In this document: one piece after another, positions 50,130-63,689 of the stretch
How positions within the stretch are numbered: the first letter of the stretch is position 1
Layout: each line of letters opens with the position of its first letter
Assembly: GCF_006345805.1 (NCBI RefSeq)
Contig: NC_043004.1
Coordinates: forward strand, 26,908,001-26,972,000
Direction: 5' to 3'
Length of the DNA stretch: 64,000 nt
Origin: Octopus sinensis
Lineage: Eukaryota
Made by a program: the position numbers and the translations under genes
Notes under the pieces: generated by a model
Databases searched by the model: none
What the model saw: only the letters and a program-made list of their open reading frames with translations
Told to the model about the DNA's origin: nothing

Positions 50130-52400
50130 GAACAACTGATTTGATAAGAATCCTACTATCAGCCAGCTACTGAAAATAGAACAAGCTCATCATGAAAAGA
50201 TTTCATGCAAGTTCCTTTCAGTATAGCCTTGTACTGAGAGAACTTATAAGGGATACAAGGAATATAAAGCAACATTACAATGGGAACTCAGTAGAATTAA
50301 GAATGAGAGTTGGTTGCAGGTCCCATCTGGCATTCAAAGATCCTATGATGCAAAGGAGTCGAAGCTGTTTTCTGTTCTACATCTTCTATGGTTGTTCCTC
50401 TTAAGTCCAAGGACATCACTACTATAATCAAAGAACCAGTGCAGTCTCCTGCACTCCTGGCATGAACTCCTGCAGTCACAAAGAACTCCTGTAGTCCTGG
50501 TATGAACACTTCACTGATTTATTTAACAATCCATCAGCAAATAAACAATATGTCACAGAAAGTCTTCTTTGATGCCATACAAAATTCACAGTGGATTAAA
50601 TATTATCTTATGATGAGGTGAAAAAAAACTCTCAAACAGATAAACATTGGCAGAGCACCTGACCGAGATGGTCTTCCTGTCAAGCTGCTGAAGGCCTGAA
50701 GCAAAAGTTAACACATGCAATATTTAACCTCATCACCAAAAGCTGGACTGGCACCCCTATATGAAAAAATTGGATTGGTGGCATTTTAGTGACTTTACTC
50801 AAGGATAAAGGAGAAAAGGGAATTTGTGACCACCTACAATAGCATCACACCCCTGGAAGCTGTTGGCAAAATGCTTGCTAAACTTTTGCTGAACAGGCTG
50901 ATGGAAGATATGTGTCCTACAGTTATCCTAAAATCTCAAAGTGGTTTTAAATCAGGGAGAGGAACAATCAACATGATATTCTCTGCTAGACAGATACTTG
51001 GGAAATGAACAGCAAACGCCTTTATATCAAGTCTTTGTTTATTTAACAAAAGCTCTTGATACAGTTAACAGATATGTACTTTGGGCAATCCTTGGAAAGG
51101 TCAGGTGCCCACCACTTTTTATCAGTATGTTCAAGTAATTGCATCAAGACATGAAGACTTGGGCTGTCTTTAACAGAAAATTGTCTGATGATGTTCTGAT
51201 TGACAATGGAGGTGTTCTGATTAGCAAAGCAAAGTAACATTCCTGCACCCACACTCTTTTCAATATTCTTTACTGTTCTGCTTATGCATACATTCCACAA
51301 CTGTGAAAAGGATGTTCTCTTGAAGTGTAGAACTACTGAAAGAGCTTCAACATGAGAAGGTTCAACTTCAAATTGGTTATGTTTGAAACTTTGATCTGGG
51401 AACTTCTTTATGCTGGCGATATTGACTTTTCACTCATACAGCTGACAACATACAACACACTATGGATCATTTTGCTGATTCATGTATGGTCATTGATCTT
51501 TAAATAAGTTTGAGAAAAACAAAAGTAATCTTCACATTTGCCCTAGGGGAATGGTATGTCAAGCCAGATATTGAAGTATACAGTGCAAAATTGGGTTTCG
51601 TTGACACTTTTGTTTACTTGAGCAGCATGTTACCAAGAGATGGCTCCCTAGATGCTGAAATACATCAATGCATTCAGAAAGCATGTATAGCATTTGAGAA
51701 GTTTAGAAAGGGAGTCTAGGCAAATTGGAGCATCACCAACAAGACTAAATTGAGTGTTTACAAGACTTGTGCACCAATGACTCTTTGTTGAACCCTTCTG
51801 AAACATAGACAGTACACAGTAGGCATCTCAAACTGCTTGAGTGCTTTCATCAAAAATGCTCAAGACACATACTCAACATCAAATGTCAAAGTAAAACACC
51901 AGACACAGACGTCTTTGCAAAGGTATCCAATCACCCATCATATCTACTGCAAGCATCCAATCACCCATCATATCTACTCAGATGCATCAGGAAGGCTATG
52001 TTGTGCATATAAAAGATAGAGCTGTACACTGCAAAGTATCCTTGGCACATAAGCATAAGAAAGGTACATAAAAAGCAATCTGAAGGAATTGCAAATCAAT
52101 GTAAAGAACTGGGAAGAATCAGCTTTGTAAAGAGCTGAGTGCAGGAAGCATGTAAGGACATGTTGTAAAACTTTTGAAGCAGGTCACCTTGAACATGAAA
52201 ACCTAAAGTGAAAACCTTCAGAACATGAAAACCTTCAGAAAGGCTGTTACTAGAGCCTCAATGGGAATATAAAGTGTCAGAGGTGTGAAACATGTGGCCA
52301 GGTACTCCTATCCAAGGTTGGGTGTATCAACCATCTGAAATCCCATGTGTGCAACATCTTTCCTCCTAGATTGAGTGACTCAATATGTGCAGTGAAAGGG
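50130..52400 (+). mobile_element. RTE/BovB-like LINE, decayed
   Basis: YNSITPLEAVGKMLAKLLLNRL...SQSGFKSGRGTINMIFSARQI; VDTFVYLSSMLPRDGSLDAEIHQCIQKACIAFEK. Confidence 0.85.
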
Positions 52401-53114
52401 CTTACAAGATGATTTTGGGCCTGAAGAGACATATAGCAGTTCACAGGGATCGTATCTCATAAAGTGATCCAATCAAACCAATGCAAGTTACAACTTTTGT
52501 CAGTTACTTCTGCTTCAAATGATGCAGATCTACAGCAGGACTGAATAGTCATCTAAGAGGTCATGGATGGAATGTCAGAAATGCCATTGACAATGAGGAA
52601 ACTCAGAGAGACAGCATTCATCTGTGAAGATGGAGCAATCACCATGTGTGTGTGTTTGTGTATGTGACTAGTTGTATGTTTGTATGTTTATATGTTTCCC
52701 TCATGTTTGCTAGTTTGCAAACAGTGGCTTCTTGCCAATGTCATTGGCTTAAAGTTCACCACAGAAGGATATCAGGGTTTTCTGACATGTCTTGGTATGT
52801 TGTTTGGTCTTTGTAAACAAAATACTTCTTGAACAATGCTGTTTGTTTCCAGTCCCTCCCATAAAACATACTTGGACTGTTGGCTGTTCAGTAAATCAAG
52901 AAATTATTAACCCATATGGAAAGAAGTGGGGATTCGCAACAGGAAGGACATCCAGCTGTAGAAAAAATAACTCTTCCTCAATGCACCTTTGTCTGACCCC
53001 TGTAAGTATGAAAAAATAGACATTAAAACACTGATGATGATAATGAATTGAAGGGATTTAGAATACAAAATCAGAGGATCATTGGGCAAACAGTTTACAT
53101 TGTTTGACACAAGG

Positions 53115-53282
53115 TGTAGTAAGGTCGACCCCAGTGCGTAACTGGTACTTTATTTATCGACCCTGAAAGGATGAAAGGCAAAGTTGACCTTGGCGGAATT
53201 TGAACTCAGAATGTAGCGGCAGACGAAATTCCGCTAAGAATTTTGCCTGGTGTGCTAATGTTTCTGCCAGCTCGCCGCCTTG
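53115..53282 (-). mobile_element. SINE family B, well-preserved copy
   Basis: Reverse complement begins GGCGGCGAGCTGGCAGAAAC...CTGAGTTCAAATTCCGCC...CTTTCATCCTTTCAGGGTCGATAAAT. Confidence 0.9.
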
Positions 53283-54704
53283 ATAGCTGTTCTTTTTGTA
53301 CACTCCTGTCCCTGATATGTCTCTGTCCTAGCATGGTGTTTTGATGTAAATGAGGTTATGAACAGTTCAACTATTTTAAAGCACCTCCTTTTTATCGAAG
53401 CTAAGAATTAAAAATGGAATTACAAACTTTCAACAACTTTTTCCATTTCTGCTGATCATCGAATGTCAGATTTTCATTTAACAAGAATACAAACTTAAAA
53501 AAAAAAAAAATTAATGTATGAATCGTTAAATAAAAAAAATAAAAAATTGCCAGAAGACAGATTAAAGAAAGAATTTTGTGTTTGATTTTCTTTTATAATT
53601 TTTGTCAGGGAAAGATAGCAAATTAGTTCGACTGAAAAGAATTATCTGTCTTATTGCTTTGTGTGTGTGTGTGTGTGTATGTGTGTGTGTACGTGTGTGA
53701 GCACGTGTGTGTGCATGTCAGTGTGAGTAAGTTGGCGTTTTTAATGTGTAAGCCACTAGCAAGAATTTCCCTCTTTGAAACATATCAAAGGTTAGTCTTT
53801 CATTCATTTTTTTTTTTACCTGAATTGGCAAAGCAGCTTTGTCTAATAAAATGCTTGATGATTTTGTCTGTTAGTAATTGTTGTTCTTGTTATTTGTCGA
53901 TGTTGTTGCAGTTGTTGATATATTTGTTGTTTTTGTCATTGATGTTGTTGTTGTTATTTTTCTTCTACCTCTTCCTCCCATTTCTCCATCCATGTCCTCC
54001 CCATACATGTAATCATTCCTCACTCAGTTTCTTTCTCTTCCATGCTTCAGCAGACATGACATGTGTTACACCAGCTACTGCTGCCAACAAAATATATTGT
54101 TATTACCATTCCTAACGACACCACAACCACGACCTCAACCACTGCAATTGCAGCTATTGCTGCAACTCTGTTATGTCATCATTGTCATCATCATTTGAAG
54201 GAATAATGAGGACACAAAATTGTATGTCAAAACTTATCCACATGTGCCCTTTTATAAGAGTAGATCTACAAATCTCTGAAATGGATCACTCTTTCTCTGC
54301 TGTCTTCTCTCTCAACATGTGAATGAGTATATGTGTATATGTGTGCGTGCATGTGTGTGTGCATGTGTGTGTGTTTGTGAGGTAGTCTTAACAAATGGCA
54401 TGTCATGGACAGATAAATTAGAGGAGCCAATTCTGCTCTATACCTGACCACAATTAATTTCTTCCAGAAAGAGAGACAGATGAGTACAAAAGAGAAAGAG
54501 TAGGATTACCCACAAGGGTTGATACAGTACCACTTCTGTCCTACATGACTGGTATTTTAGTTATTGACCCCTGAGAAGAGGAAAGACAAAGTTTAACCCA
54601 GTGGTGTTGAAACACAAAGTGAAGATATCAAAAGCACATATCATGAAGCCCAAATGATTGATGATTATATTTGTCAGTGTTAGTGTATAAATATATATCT
54701 ATAA

Positions 54705-55050
54705 GAAGAACCATCCGAACGTGACCGTTGCCAGTGCTGCCCCGACTGGCCTCGTGCCGGTGGCACGTAAAAAGCACCATCCGTTTGTGGCTGTTGCCAG
54801 CCTCGCTTGGCCCCCATGCCGGTGGGATGTAAAAAGCACCATCCGATTGTGGCCGTTTGCCAGACTCGATTGGCACGTAAAAAGCACCCACTGCACTCAC
54901 GGAGTGGTTGGTGTTAGGAAGGGCATCCAGCCGTAGAAACATTGCCAGATCAGACTGGGCAGCCTTCTGGCTTCCCAGACCCCAGCTGAACCGTCCAACC
55001 CATGCTAGCATGGAAAGCGGACGCTAAACGATGATGATGATGATGATGAT
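54705..55050 (+). mobile_element. young RTE 3' UTR with tandem subrepeats and (GAT)n tail
   Basis: GGCACGTAAAAAGCACC recurs three times; CpG-rich; ends CATGGAAAGCGGACGCTAAACGATGATGAT. Confidence 0.92.
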
Positions 55051-55051
55051 G

Positions 55052-55865
55052 AAATATATTCAAATATGAATTAGAAACAGCTTGCGGTATATAAACAAAA
55101 TTGAACACACATACACAGGTGTGTGTGTGTGTGTGTGTTGTTAGTTCATTGGTTGGCTGCATTTTAGATGTAACAGAATATATTCTCAATGCTCCTGATG
55201 TTAAGAATACCTGAAAGTGAGACAACTGACATCAGGTCTCTTTTCGGAGTGACAGACATCGATGTTTCCTCATTGTTGTGACTTTTCCAAGCTGTGTACT
55301 GAACAAGGCCTGCTGCAAGCTATATCGCTGTCAATGACCTATATGTTAAATGGTTTAGAAACCATCTGCTGGCATATCCCAACATTTCATGCCACAGAAA
55401 AAAATTCAAATATGAAATTAGAAGCAGCTCAGGTTATATAAACAAAATCGAACACACATATACCAGGTGTGTGTGTGTTGTTAGTTCATTGGTCAGCCTC
55501 ATTTTAGGCATAAGAGAATATATTCTCAATGCACCTGGGGCAATGTGCAAGAGAGAAGACTGCACTGATTTGGTCATGTGATGCAGCTGAATGTCAACAG
55601 CTCCATAGAGAACTGCCACTCTCTCAAAATGGATGGAATTCGTAGAGGAGAGAGACCCAGGAACAAATGGGATGAAGTGCTTCATCACTTCAATGTCTGT
55701 CACGGTGAAAAAGGACTTGATGTGAGTTGTCTCCCTTTTAGTTGTTTTTAACACAAAGCACATTGAGAATATATTCTCTTATGCCTAAAATGCAGCTAAC
55801 CCATGAACTAGTAACACATACACACACACACACACCTTGTTTATGTGTGTTCTATTTTCTTTATA
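55052..55865. repeat. three local copies of one unknown repeat (two +, one -) enclosing an RTE fragment
   Basis: AGAATATATTCTCAATG block at about 55177 and 55516, and inverted at about 55763; 55545-55680 reads VQERRLH*FGHVMQLN. Confidence 0.85.
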
Positions 55866-55908
55866 TATATATATATACACACATACATACAAATATATAT
55901 ATATATGT

Positions 55909-56216
55909 GGAGGCGCAATGGCCCAGTGGTTAGGGCAGCGGACTCGCAGTCGTAGGATCATGGTTTTGATTCCCAGACCGGGCGTTGTGAGTGTTTATTG
56001 AGCGAAAACTCCTATGTGGAGGTGCAATAGCTCCACTAGGCTCCGGCAGGGGATGATGGCAATCTCTGCCGCAACTTTCTCTCACTCTTTCTTCTGTTGG
56101 CCTGCTCACTTAGCCAGCGGGGTGGAGTCATTTGAAAGCTAAAACAATGTGAAGCGCATTGTGACCAGCGATGTGTAGCAACATCTGACAGCCTGGTCAG
56201 TCACCTGACGTGATGT

Positions 56217-56220
<4 letters not shown>
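55909..56220 (+). mobile_element. tRNA(Arg)-like SINE family C, tail type 2
   Basis: Same head as 19242 with GGACTCGC (TCG anticodon-like loop); tail GAAGCGCATTGTGACCAGCGATGTGTAGCAACATCTG; flanked by (TA)n. Confidence 0.9.
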
Positions 56221-56279
<59 letters not shown>

Positions 56280-56378
56280 ATATACATACGAGGAAAAATG
56301 GTATTAAAAAATCCTGGCAGATATCAATAAAACATGCAGTATTAAAAGAATTTGGTCAAATGTTCAACAATCAGATAC

Positions 56379-56482
56379 CTGTAAATGTAAGTAGAATACA
56401 ATCTCAGGTAAATTTTCATTTGATGACAGGTAAATCCAGCAATCCTTTTGCAGAATTTTGAGAAATTCAGAATATTTAACAG
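56379..56482 (-). other. exon candidate (104 nt)
   Basis: TTTCTTTGTGTATATTTTCAG| open frame VKYSEFLKILQKDCWIYLSSNENLPEIVFYLHLQ, CAG|GTATCT; in-frame stops just outside both ends. No homology recognised. Confidence 0.3.
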
Positions 56483-57061
56483 CTGAAAATATACACAAAG
56501 AAAATCATCTTTATTTTAGATCTCAATTTATAAAACCAACAACTGCTTCAGTTGCATTAACACATACATACATACATACATACATACATACATACATACA
56601 TACATACATACATACATACATGCATGCATACAAATATTGTGGATGTTATTTCCTCATAAGGGATTTTTTAACAATCCGGATATCAACTGGTGTTGATATA
56701 GTGAGATATATTGAAAGAGAAATATCATTAGAATTAATAATACTATCCTCAGAAATATATGTTAATACAACATTATCAAGGTTATCCAAAATTAGTGAAA
56801 TTCCAACTGAACATCTGAAAAAATTAGCAGTTAATAAATGCTGACCAAAAGAAATGCCTAAATTGAATTCAACCGAAGACATTCCTTCATTTAACTGGTA
56901 GTGACGTCATAGAATAACAAAATAACTACCTGTGTATGTTTTCTTATAATACTTTCTAATGTTTTGGAATAGATAAACCCACTGTAATGTCTACCAGATG
57001 ATGTATGTCATTTTGTATCCTCTCCATTTTCTTATTTGCCGTTTATATATATATCTGTGTG

Positions 57062-57111
<50 letters not shown>

Positions 57112-58344
57112 ATTGCAACAAGGAAGATGTTTATAAGCCATTTACGAACACATAAAAAAAACCGTTAGATTCACTTCAACATTTAAATTTAATTTGTGTC
57201 AAAATATTTTCCTTGCTTTGAAACTGCGACATATGTAGCCTGGATCTTACCAGTTCTACTCACTCAAGTTGGATTTACACATGCATACATGCACACACAC
57301 ATGCATGCATGTACACACACACACAGAGTTTTGATTACAAAGTTCCTATAAAGAATCAAGATATATGAAAATGAAGCATGCCACAAATTTACAAGACAGA
57401 AAAATGCTGAACAGATTGTTAAATAATCCAATTCAATCAAATCCAATCTTAGCACAGAAGGCATCAATAAAGCAGGTTCACTAGTTGTATCCAAAAGTAT
57501 CCAGAATTATCAGTGATAAATGAAAACAAACAAATGGATTATCTGGTATAACTACAATTAAGGTATCTTTATAGTGACATAAGCATAATGCAATGAATTA
57601 GATTGTGTGATATGTTACATCATTTGAAACTCATCAGGTCACCAAATAAACAAGTGAGCACTGATTTAATTAATCTTTTAGGTCCAATAAAGTTTGCACA
57701 GCACCTCAGACACCCTCTCCACCCTACTGACATGATCAAGAGACAAATCAGAGCAAGATAGCCCATGCCAACATGAGTCACAGGCTCAGGAATGTGGGAG
57801 CACTATGATGTCAAGTGCAAGCAAAAGATCCCCAAAATGTTTAGTGCCATTCCCTACATATCTAGTATTATATCAGAATGACCTTCTCCTGGGGACATGC
57901 TTTCTCAAAAGCTAAGGGGTGCCTCCTTCACAATGGTCTATTGGCATGTGAGACACTAATCCAGAATTCCTGAGGGCCAGTGCTATCGCTAGATAGTCAC
58001 TGAACCTACACTAGGTTCATCTGGCCTTTTGACAGGTCTTGATTTTAGTTCTGCTGGGTTTCTAGCAACCCTCCTCACCAACAAGTATATGTACATGTAT
58101 ATCTCTCATCACACACACACACAATGGTGATGATGATGTTGATGACAATGACCATGATAGAGATTAGGTTAACTAGATTTACAGTCTTGTAGTGTGTAAA
58201 ACGAAATTTCTGAGTTAAAATGTATGATATATATAGATATAAATATACACACATGCGTACATACATATACATACACATACACACACTCATTACACACATT
58301 GGTATGTGTGTGTCAATGTGTCTGTGTGTGTGGGTGTGTTAGTG

Positions 58345-58880
58345 TATTAAGCTATTGATTTTTTTCAGGATATTAATCGTCTGGAAGCCGTTCAGCAATG
58401 TGCAACCAAGAGAATATCCTCCATCAGGCATTTGCCATACTCTGAACGCCTTACTTCCCTGGGTATGGATACATTGAAACTCCAACGTCTGGCAGACACC
58501 CATAAAATTATTAACCATCTTACAAACAATAACTCTGAGCACGTTTTCAAACGCCACCTGTCTAACACCCATGGACATATTTACAAAGTCAGAAAACAGC
58601 ACAGCTACTATGACTTTCGGAAACATTTTTTCACGCTAAGAGTTGCTGAAGTATGGAAGAAACTGCCGGCATCAGTTGTTAGTTGTCGGAGCAATGCATG
58701 CTTCCTGAGATTCGCCAACACTACACCTGATTTTCTCCCCTCCATACACACGCAAGCATGTATCTGACTCATACACTGTTCACTTTCCAGACATTTGTAC
58801 ATTACTGCATATGCTTTATACACACTTTTGACAAGTTGTGGTGCACCTGAGTACTGTATACAATAATTTCATTATTATTA
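58345..58880 (+). mobile_element. CR1/L2-clade LINE 3' end
   Basis: LEAVQQCATKRI...LPYSERLTSLGMDTLKLQRL...GHIYKV...RKHFFTLRVAEVWKKLPASVV; tail TTTCATTATTATTA. Confidence 0.9.
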
Positions 58881-59586
58881 TAAGACCAGTTGATGAGGTC
58901 AAAATGGGCTGCAGTTTAAGTCTACCTCACAAGATTAGGAATGGTCCAAGTAATGGGTCTTCACACAGCTCCCCTCTACCATCTTATATTCACAATGCTT
59001 ACATCAGATGACAATTATCATAGACATTATCTGTTCATTGATTTTCTGAATGTTGAAAATTCACCTAGTACCCTCTTGAAAGTGATTTGTATTAAAAAGA
59101 CAACACGTTATGGAAAGCATATAAAAACAGACATTATCCCTTCAGTATTTAGATTCTTCTGTCAAATGTTATGCTTATTTATTCACAGTTTTGAATTAAC
59201 TCTGCATTATCTTGTAGCTTCGAGATTTCAATGACATGATTGCTTATTTTTAGAATGACATTGTAGGGTATGTGTGAAGGGCCAGACCCAGCTGATTTAA
59301 ACACAGAACAGGTAGAATATTTAGGCTGGATCTAGCCAGTTTAAAATGACCTGTCAAACCATCTTGCACATGACAGCTTTGAATTCTAACACTAAATAAT
59401 GACAACGATCGGGGACGATGATGATGATGAACACATAACTGTGTGTGTATATACGCACATACATGTATGTATGTATGTATGTAAGTTTGTTTGTATATTT
59501 AATTGAGTAAATATATTTGAATATACTAGAAGAGATCACGCATATTCAAATATATACAAATTTATTGTGTACATTTAAATTTGCAG

Positions 59587-59620
<34 letters not shown>

Positions 59621-59828
59621 TATGCATGTATACACAGACTTACATGGAAACATGCAAGCTATGTAAGGATATTATTATAAATAAATAATGTTTTTGTGTG
59701 TGTATCTAAAAATGCAAATTTAAATGTATCTGCATGAATATGTGATGGTATGTATAAATTGAATATGCAAGAATATATATATATATATATAAACATTTTT
59801 ACATATGTATGTGAGTGTGTGTGTGTGT

Positions 59829-59859
<31 letters not shown>

Positions 59860-59902
59860 TATCAGCATGTGTTACATTGTATGAATGTGTCACTAAATAT
59901 TT

Positions 59903-59947
<45 letters not shown>

Positions 59948-60290
59948 AGCACACACACACACGCACGCACACACACACACACAACACACACACACACACA
60001 CACACAAATACACTACCCAGAGACAAACATGTTTGTATAAATATAACATGCACATATAACACTTATATAAACAGTACTCAAACACACATGCACACACTAC
60101 TATGCGTATATAATATATGACAATATGAACTGTAGCCATAAATATTCAATTCTCACCATGATAAAGATGTCAACGAATTTTATTATTCACACTTGTGTGT
60201 TTATTTATTGAATTATTTTTCTCTAATTTTCTGGCAAGAAACCATCTTTTATCTTCTGACACAGACGAAGAAAAAACAGAAAAACAAACA

Positions 60291-60461
60291 GGCGCAGGAG
60301 TGGCTGTGTGGTAAGTAGCTTGCTAACCAGCCACATGGTTCCGGGTTCAGTCTCACTGCGTGGCATCTTGGGCAAGTGTCTTCTGCTATAGCCTCGGGCC
60401 GACCAATGCCTTGTGAGTGGATTTGGTAGACGGAAACTGAAAGAAGCCTGTCGTATATATG

Positions 60462-60496
<35 letters not shown>

Positions 60497-60700
60497 TTGT
60501 GTGTCTGTGTTTGTCCCCTCAGCATTGCTTGACAACCGATGCTGGTGTGTTTACGTCCCCGTAACTTAGCGGTTCGGCAAAAGAGACCGATAGAATAAGT
60601 ATTGGGCTTACAAAGAATAAGTCCCGGGTTCGATTTGCTCGACTAAAGGCGGTGCTCCAGCATGGCCGCAGTCAAATGACTGAAACAAGTAAAAGAGTAA
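60291..60700 (+). mobile_element. full-length SINE family A with internal (TA)n(TG)n
   Basis: GGCGCAGGAGTGGCTGTGTGGTAAG (A box)...GGGTTCAGTCTC (B box)...ends GACTGAAACAAGTAAAAGAGTAAA. Confidence 0.93.
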
Positions 60701-61554
60701 ATACATAACTAAACAACCTGTATACTATTGTTGTTTAACCCTAGGTCAGAACAAGTTAATCAGATCTATGATCTAAAGCAATCCAATCTTGACTAAGCCT
60801 TCCTGTTTTAATATCTGTCATTACATTATCTTAGATAATGTATACATCTAGGAATACATCATCTAATGTGTCAGCCTTCTTTCTCTAAGATGACTGGATG
60901 TAGGTTGAGGGTATGTCCTGACACTTCATCACCAATCAACACCATCTTGCCTTTCCTAGCTCAAGTTGCCATGTATCTCCTCTTGAGCAGGACACCTCAA
61001 CACTTGCCTCTCAACACCTCCACCCTGCTCAAGGCGTCTTTTCTTGCAAGTAGGTGGTGTTATCATGTAAAGGGTCCTTGTAGTCCCTTTAGCTTTAAAA
61101 CCGGTGTTAAATACCAAAAACCATTGAATGAGAGGGACAAAATTGAAGATTTAGTCATTAAAAAGGTTACCTAGAGCAATTCTCTAGAGGGTGGCCTGTT
61201 CCCCAGCCCCTCTCCCCACCTTCATGTAGCAAATGACGTACTTTAATCTGTGGAATTGATATTTTCAGAATAATAATAGTTGAGGTGTAATAAAGGACTG
61301 AAGATGTGGGAATCCTCTTAGCAAGGGACCAGAAAAATGGTTTGGGCATAGTTTGGGAGCTAAGGTTGATTTCAATCCACAGGAGACATGACACAATCCT
61401 TTATGTTCTGATGGATAGCTTGAAGGTGTTTTTGATGGTTGATAGTTACTAGTCAGTTAGTGATGTAACACTAATGTCTGACCCCAACTACCACCCAGAT
61501 GTAAAGAGTAGTGTTTTTTTTTTTTGCCCCTTTACAACTATGGTTCCCCAGTAG

Positions 61555-61642
61555 GCAAACCATGATGAGAGTTTTCATTCAGAGAAATGTGGACAGAAAT
61601 ATCTATGAAGAAGTCATAAAGTCATGTATTTTATTGTTTCAG
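61555..61642 (+). other. exon candidate (88 nt; alternative acceptor at 61552)
   Basis: T-rich tract then CCCCAG|TAG|; open frame QTMMRVFIQRNVDRNIYEEVIKSCILLFQ; consensus donor CAG|GTGAGT at 61643. No homology recognised. Confidence 0.35.
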
Positions 61643-62443
61643 GTGAGTTAGAAGAAAACAATATTTGCTGCCAAGAATAGTCTGTATGAACTGTGTGACT
61701 TTGACTAGTTAACTAATCTGAAATACTTCTCAGTTATAATGATTATATATCGGTCACTATAAACTATAAATCATCTGGCAGTTTATATTTGACAATGTGT
61801 ATTTGAGAAAAATATTGTAAAACACATTAAATCATAATAACTGTTATACACTCTATCCAAAACATATAATTCTCAAGGAAGATGAATGTTATAAGATAAT
61901 CATTTCAATCCTTGCTTTAAAACAATGCTAGAGTTATAACTGTTATGAGAGACTCAGAATCTGCAGGATTCTTGTGTTAATGAAGCTAATGAGATCTAAT
62001 TAACTTCGAATAGTGATCTCATATTTGTTATATTTCTGTAGTTTTCTAAGGATTATATATCTTTAACTGCTCAAATACAACATTTCTAAGTGTTATGTGT
62101 AGATACAAGCATATCTACATATACACAAACAATTATATCTAGCTATCTATCTCTCTGTTTAGTCAACTAGGATGGCTGATGGCTAAATCATTTCAACTTA
62201 AAATAAAATTTTAATCAACTGAAGAAACGATGTATCCATCAAATTTAAATAAATTATGTATTATTATTTAAAAATTAAATATATGAAAGATAGTGTATGT
62301 ATTTTTACCTTTTAAGAAGCAGGTCTACAGTTTAGAATGAAATGATGACTTTTTCACTATACTACATATGTTGCTCTTGGCATTTGTTTTAGCCTATACA
62401 CACTTATACATACATACATACATACATACATACATACATACAT

Positions 62444-62509
<66 letters not shown>

Positions 62510-62812
62510 TACATATATATAATAATAACAAAGGGTAAAATTAATTAATTAAGAAGTAATCAATAATTTCACCAAGTAGAATTCGGCAAGAAAAAGGACC
62601 ATTTCACGGTAAACTTAAGTAATACTTTATAATTAGGGTTCAGCAAAGATTTGCTTTACCACATACTGAAGTTTAGAAATAGCAGCCAAAAACCTTAGCT
62701 ATTTCTTCTACTTTAAAAAGGGACTCCCAGAAAAACCAAAATGCTTGAAAACAATCCACGCAGGCAGAGAGGAAAAATAACGAAAATCAATCTATATCTG
62801 GTCACCCATATA

Positions 62813-62915
62813 TCATCATCATCATCATCATCATCATTTAACGTCCGCTTTCCATGCTAGCATGGGTTGGACGGTTCAACTGGAGTCTGGGGAGCCCGAA
62901 GGCTGCACCAGGCCA
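62813..62915 (-). mobile_element. short young RTE 3' tail inserted in (TA)n
   Basis: (CAT)n TTAACGTCCGCTTTCCATGCTAGCATGGGTTGGACGG...GCACCAGGCCA then about 90 nt of (TA)n. Confidence 0.92.
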
Positions 62916-62924
62916 ATATATATA

Positions 62925-62996
<72 letters not shown>

Positions 62997-63454
62997 GATA
63001 TATATATGCAAATTCATTGCACTAATGATTATTGCACTGTAATAAAATATTGGAGGCTATTGATATGTTATCAATTGACCTCTTAAATGTAGTAGATATA
63101 TTTTATAGAACTTAAACACCAATTGAATATCATCATCATCAGCAGCAGTATCATGTAATGTCTAATGTGTACTTTTCAATGTTTGCATGAGTCAGAAGAA
63201 AGTAGTTGCTACAGCAAATTTTCTACATCCAGATGTCTTTCCTGTTGCCAGTCTTTACCTGCGTCCAAGAAAGGTATTATATGTCTCCAAAACCAGGAAT
63301 GTTTTTCATGGAATATTGTGAATGAGCAACATATTTTGCATGAGGGCGATACAAGTTTACAATCATTACATGATGTTAAGACAAGGGTACCCACAAACAT
63401 GCATAAAAGTATACAAACACACACACACACACACACCACACACACACACACACA

Positions 63455-63489
<35 letters not shown>

Positions 63490-63689
63490 TCTCGCTCACA
63501 CACACACAACAGATTTCTTTAAATTTTTATTTATGAAATCCATTCACATGGCCTTAATCAGCCCAGTGCTATTGTGGAAGAGACTTGACCTAAGATCAGA
63601 TGGTTGCAAAACCAGTTTCTTAACCACACATCCTCTTATGTAAGTGTATGCATGTGTGCATATCATTTATCTTTTACTTCTTTCAGTCA

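Noticed and set aside
57605-57645. Possible third hammerhead on the - strand (GTGAC CTGATGA GTTTCAAATGAT GTAAC AT ATCAC)
   Set aside because: Stem II does not pair convincingly and the GAAA core reads GTAA; cannot be distinguished from chance.
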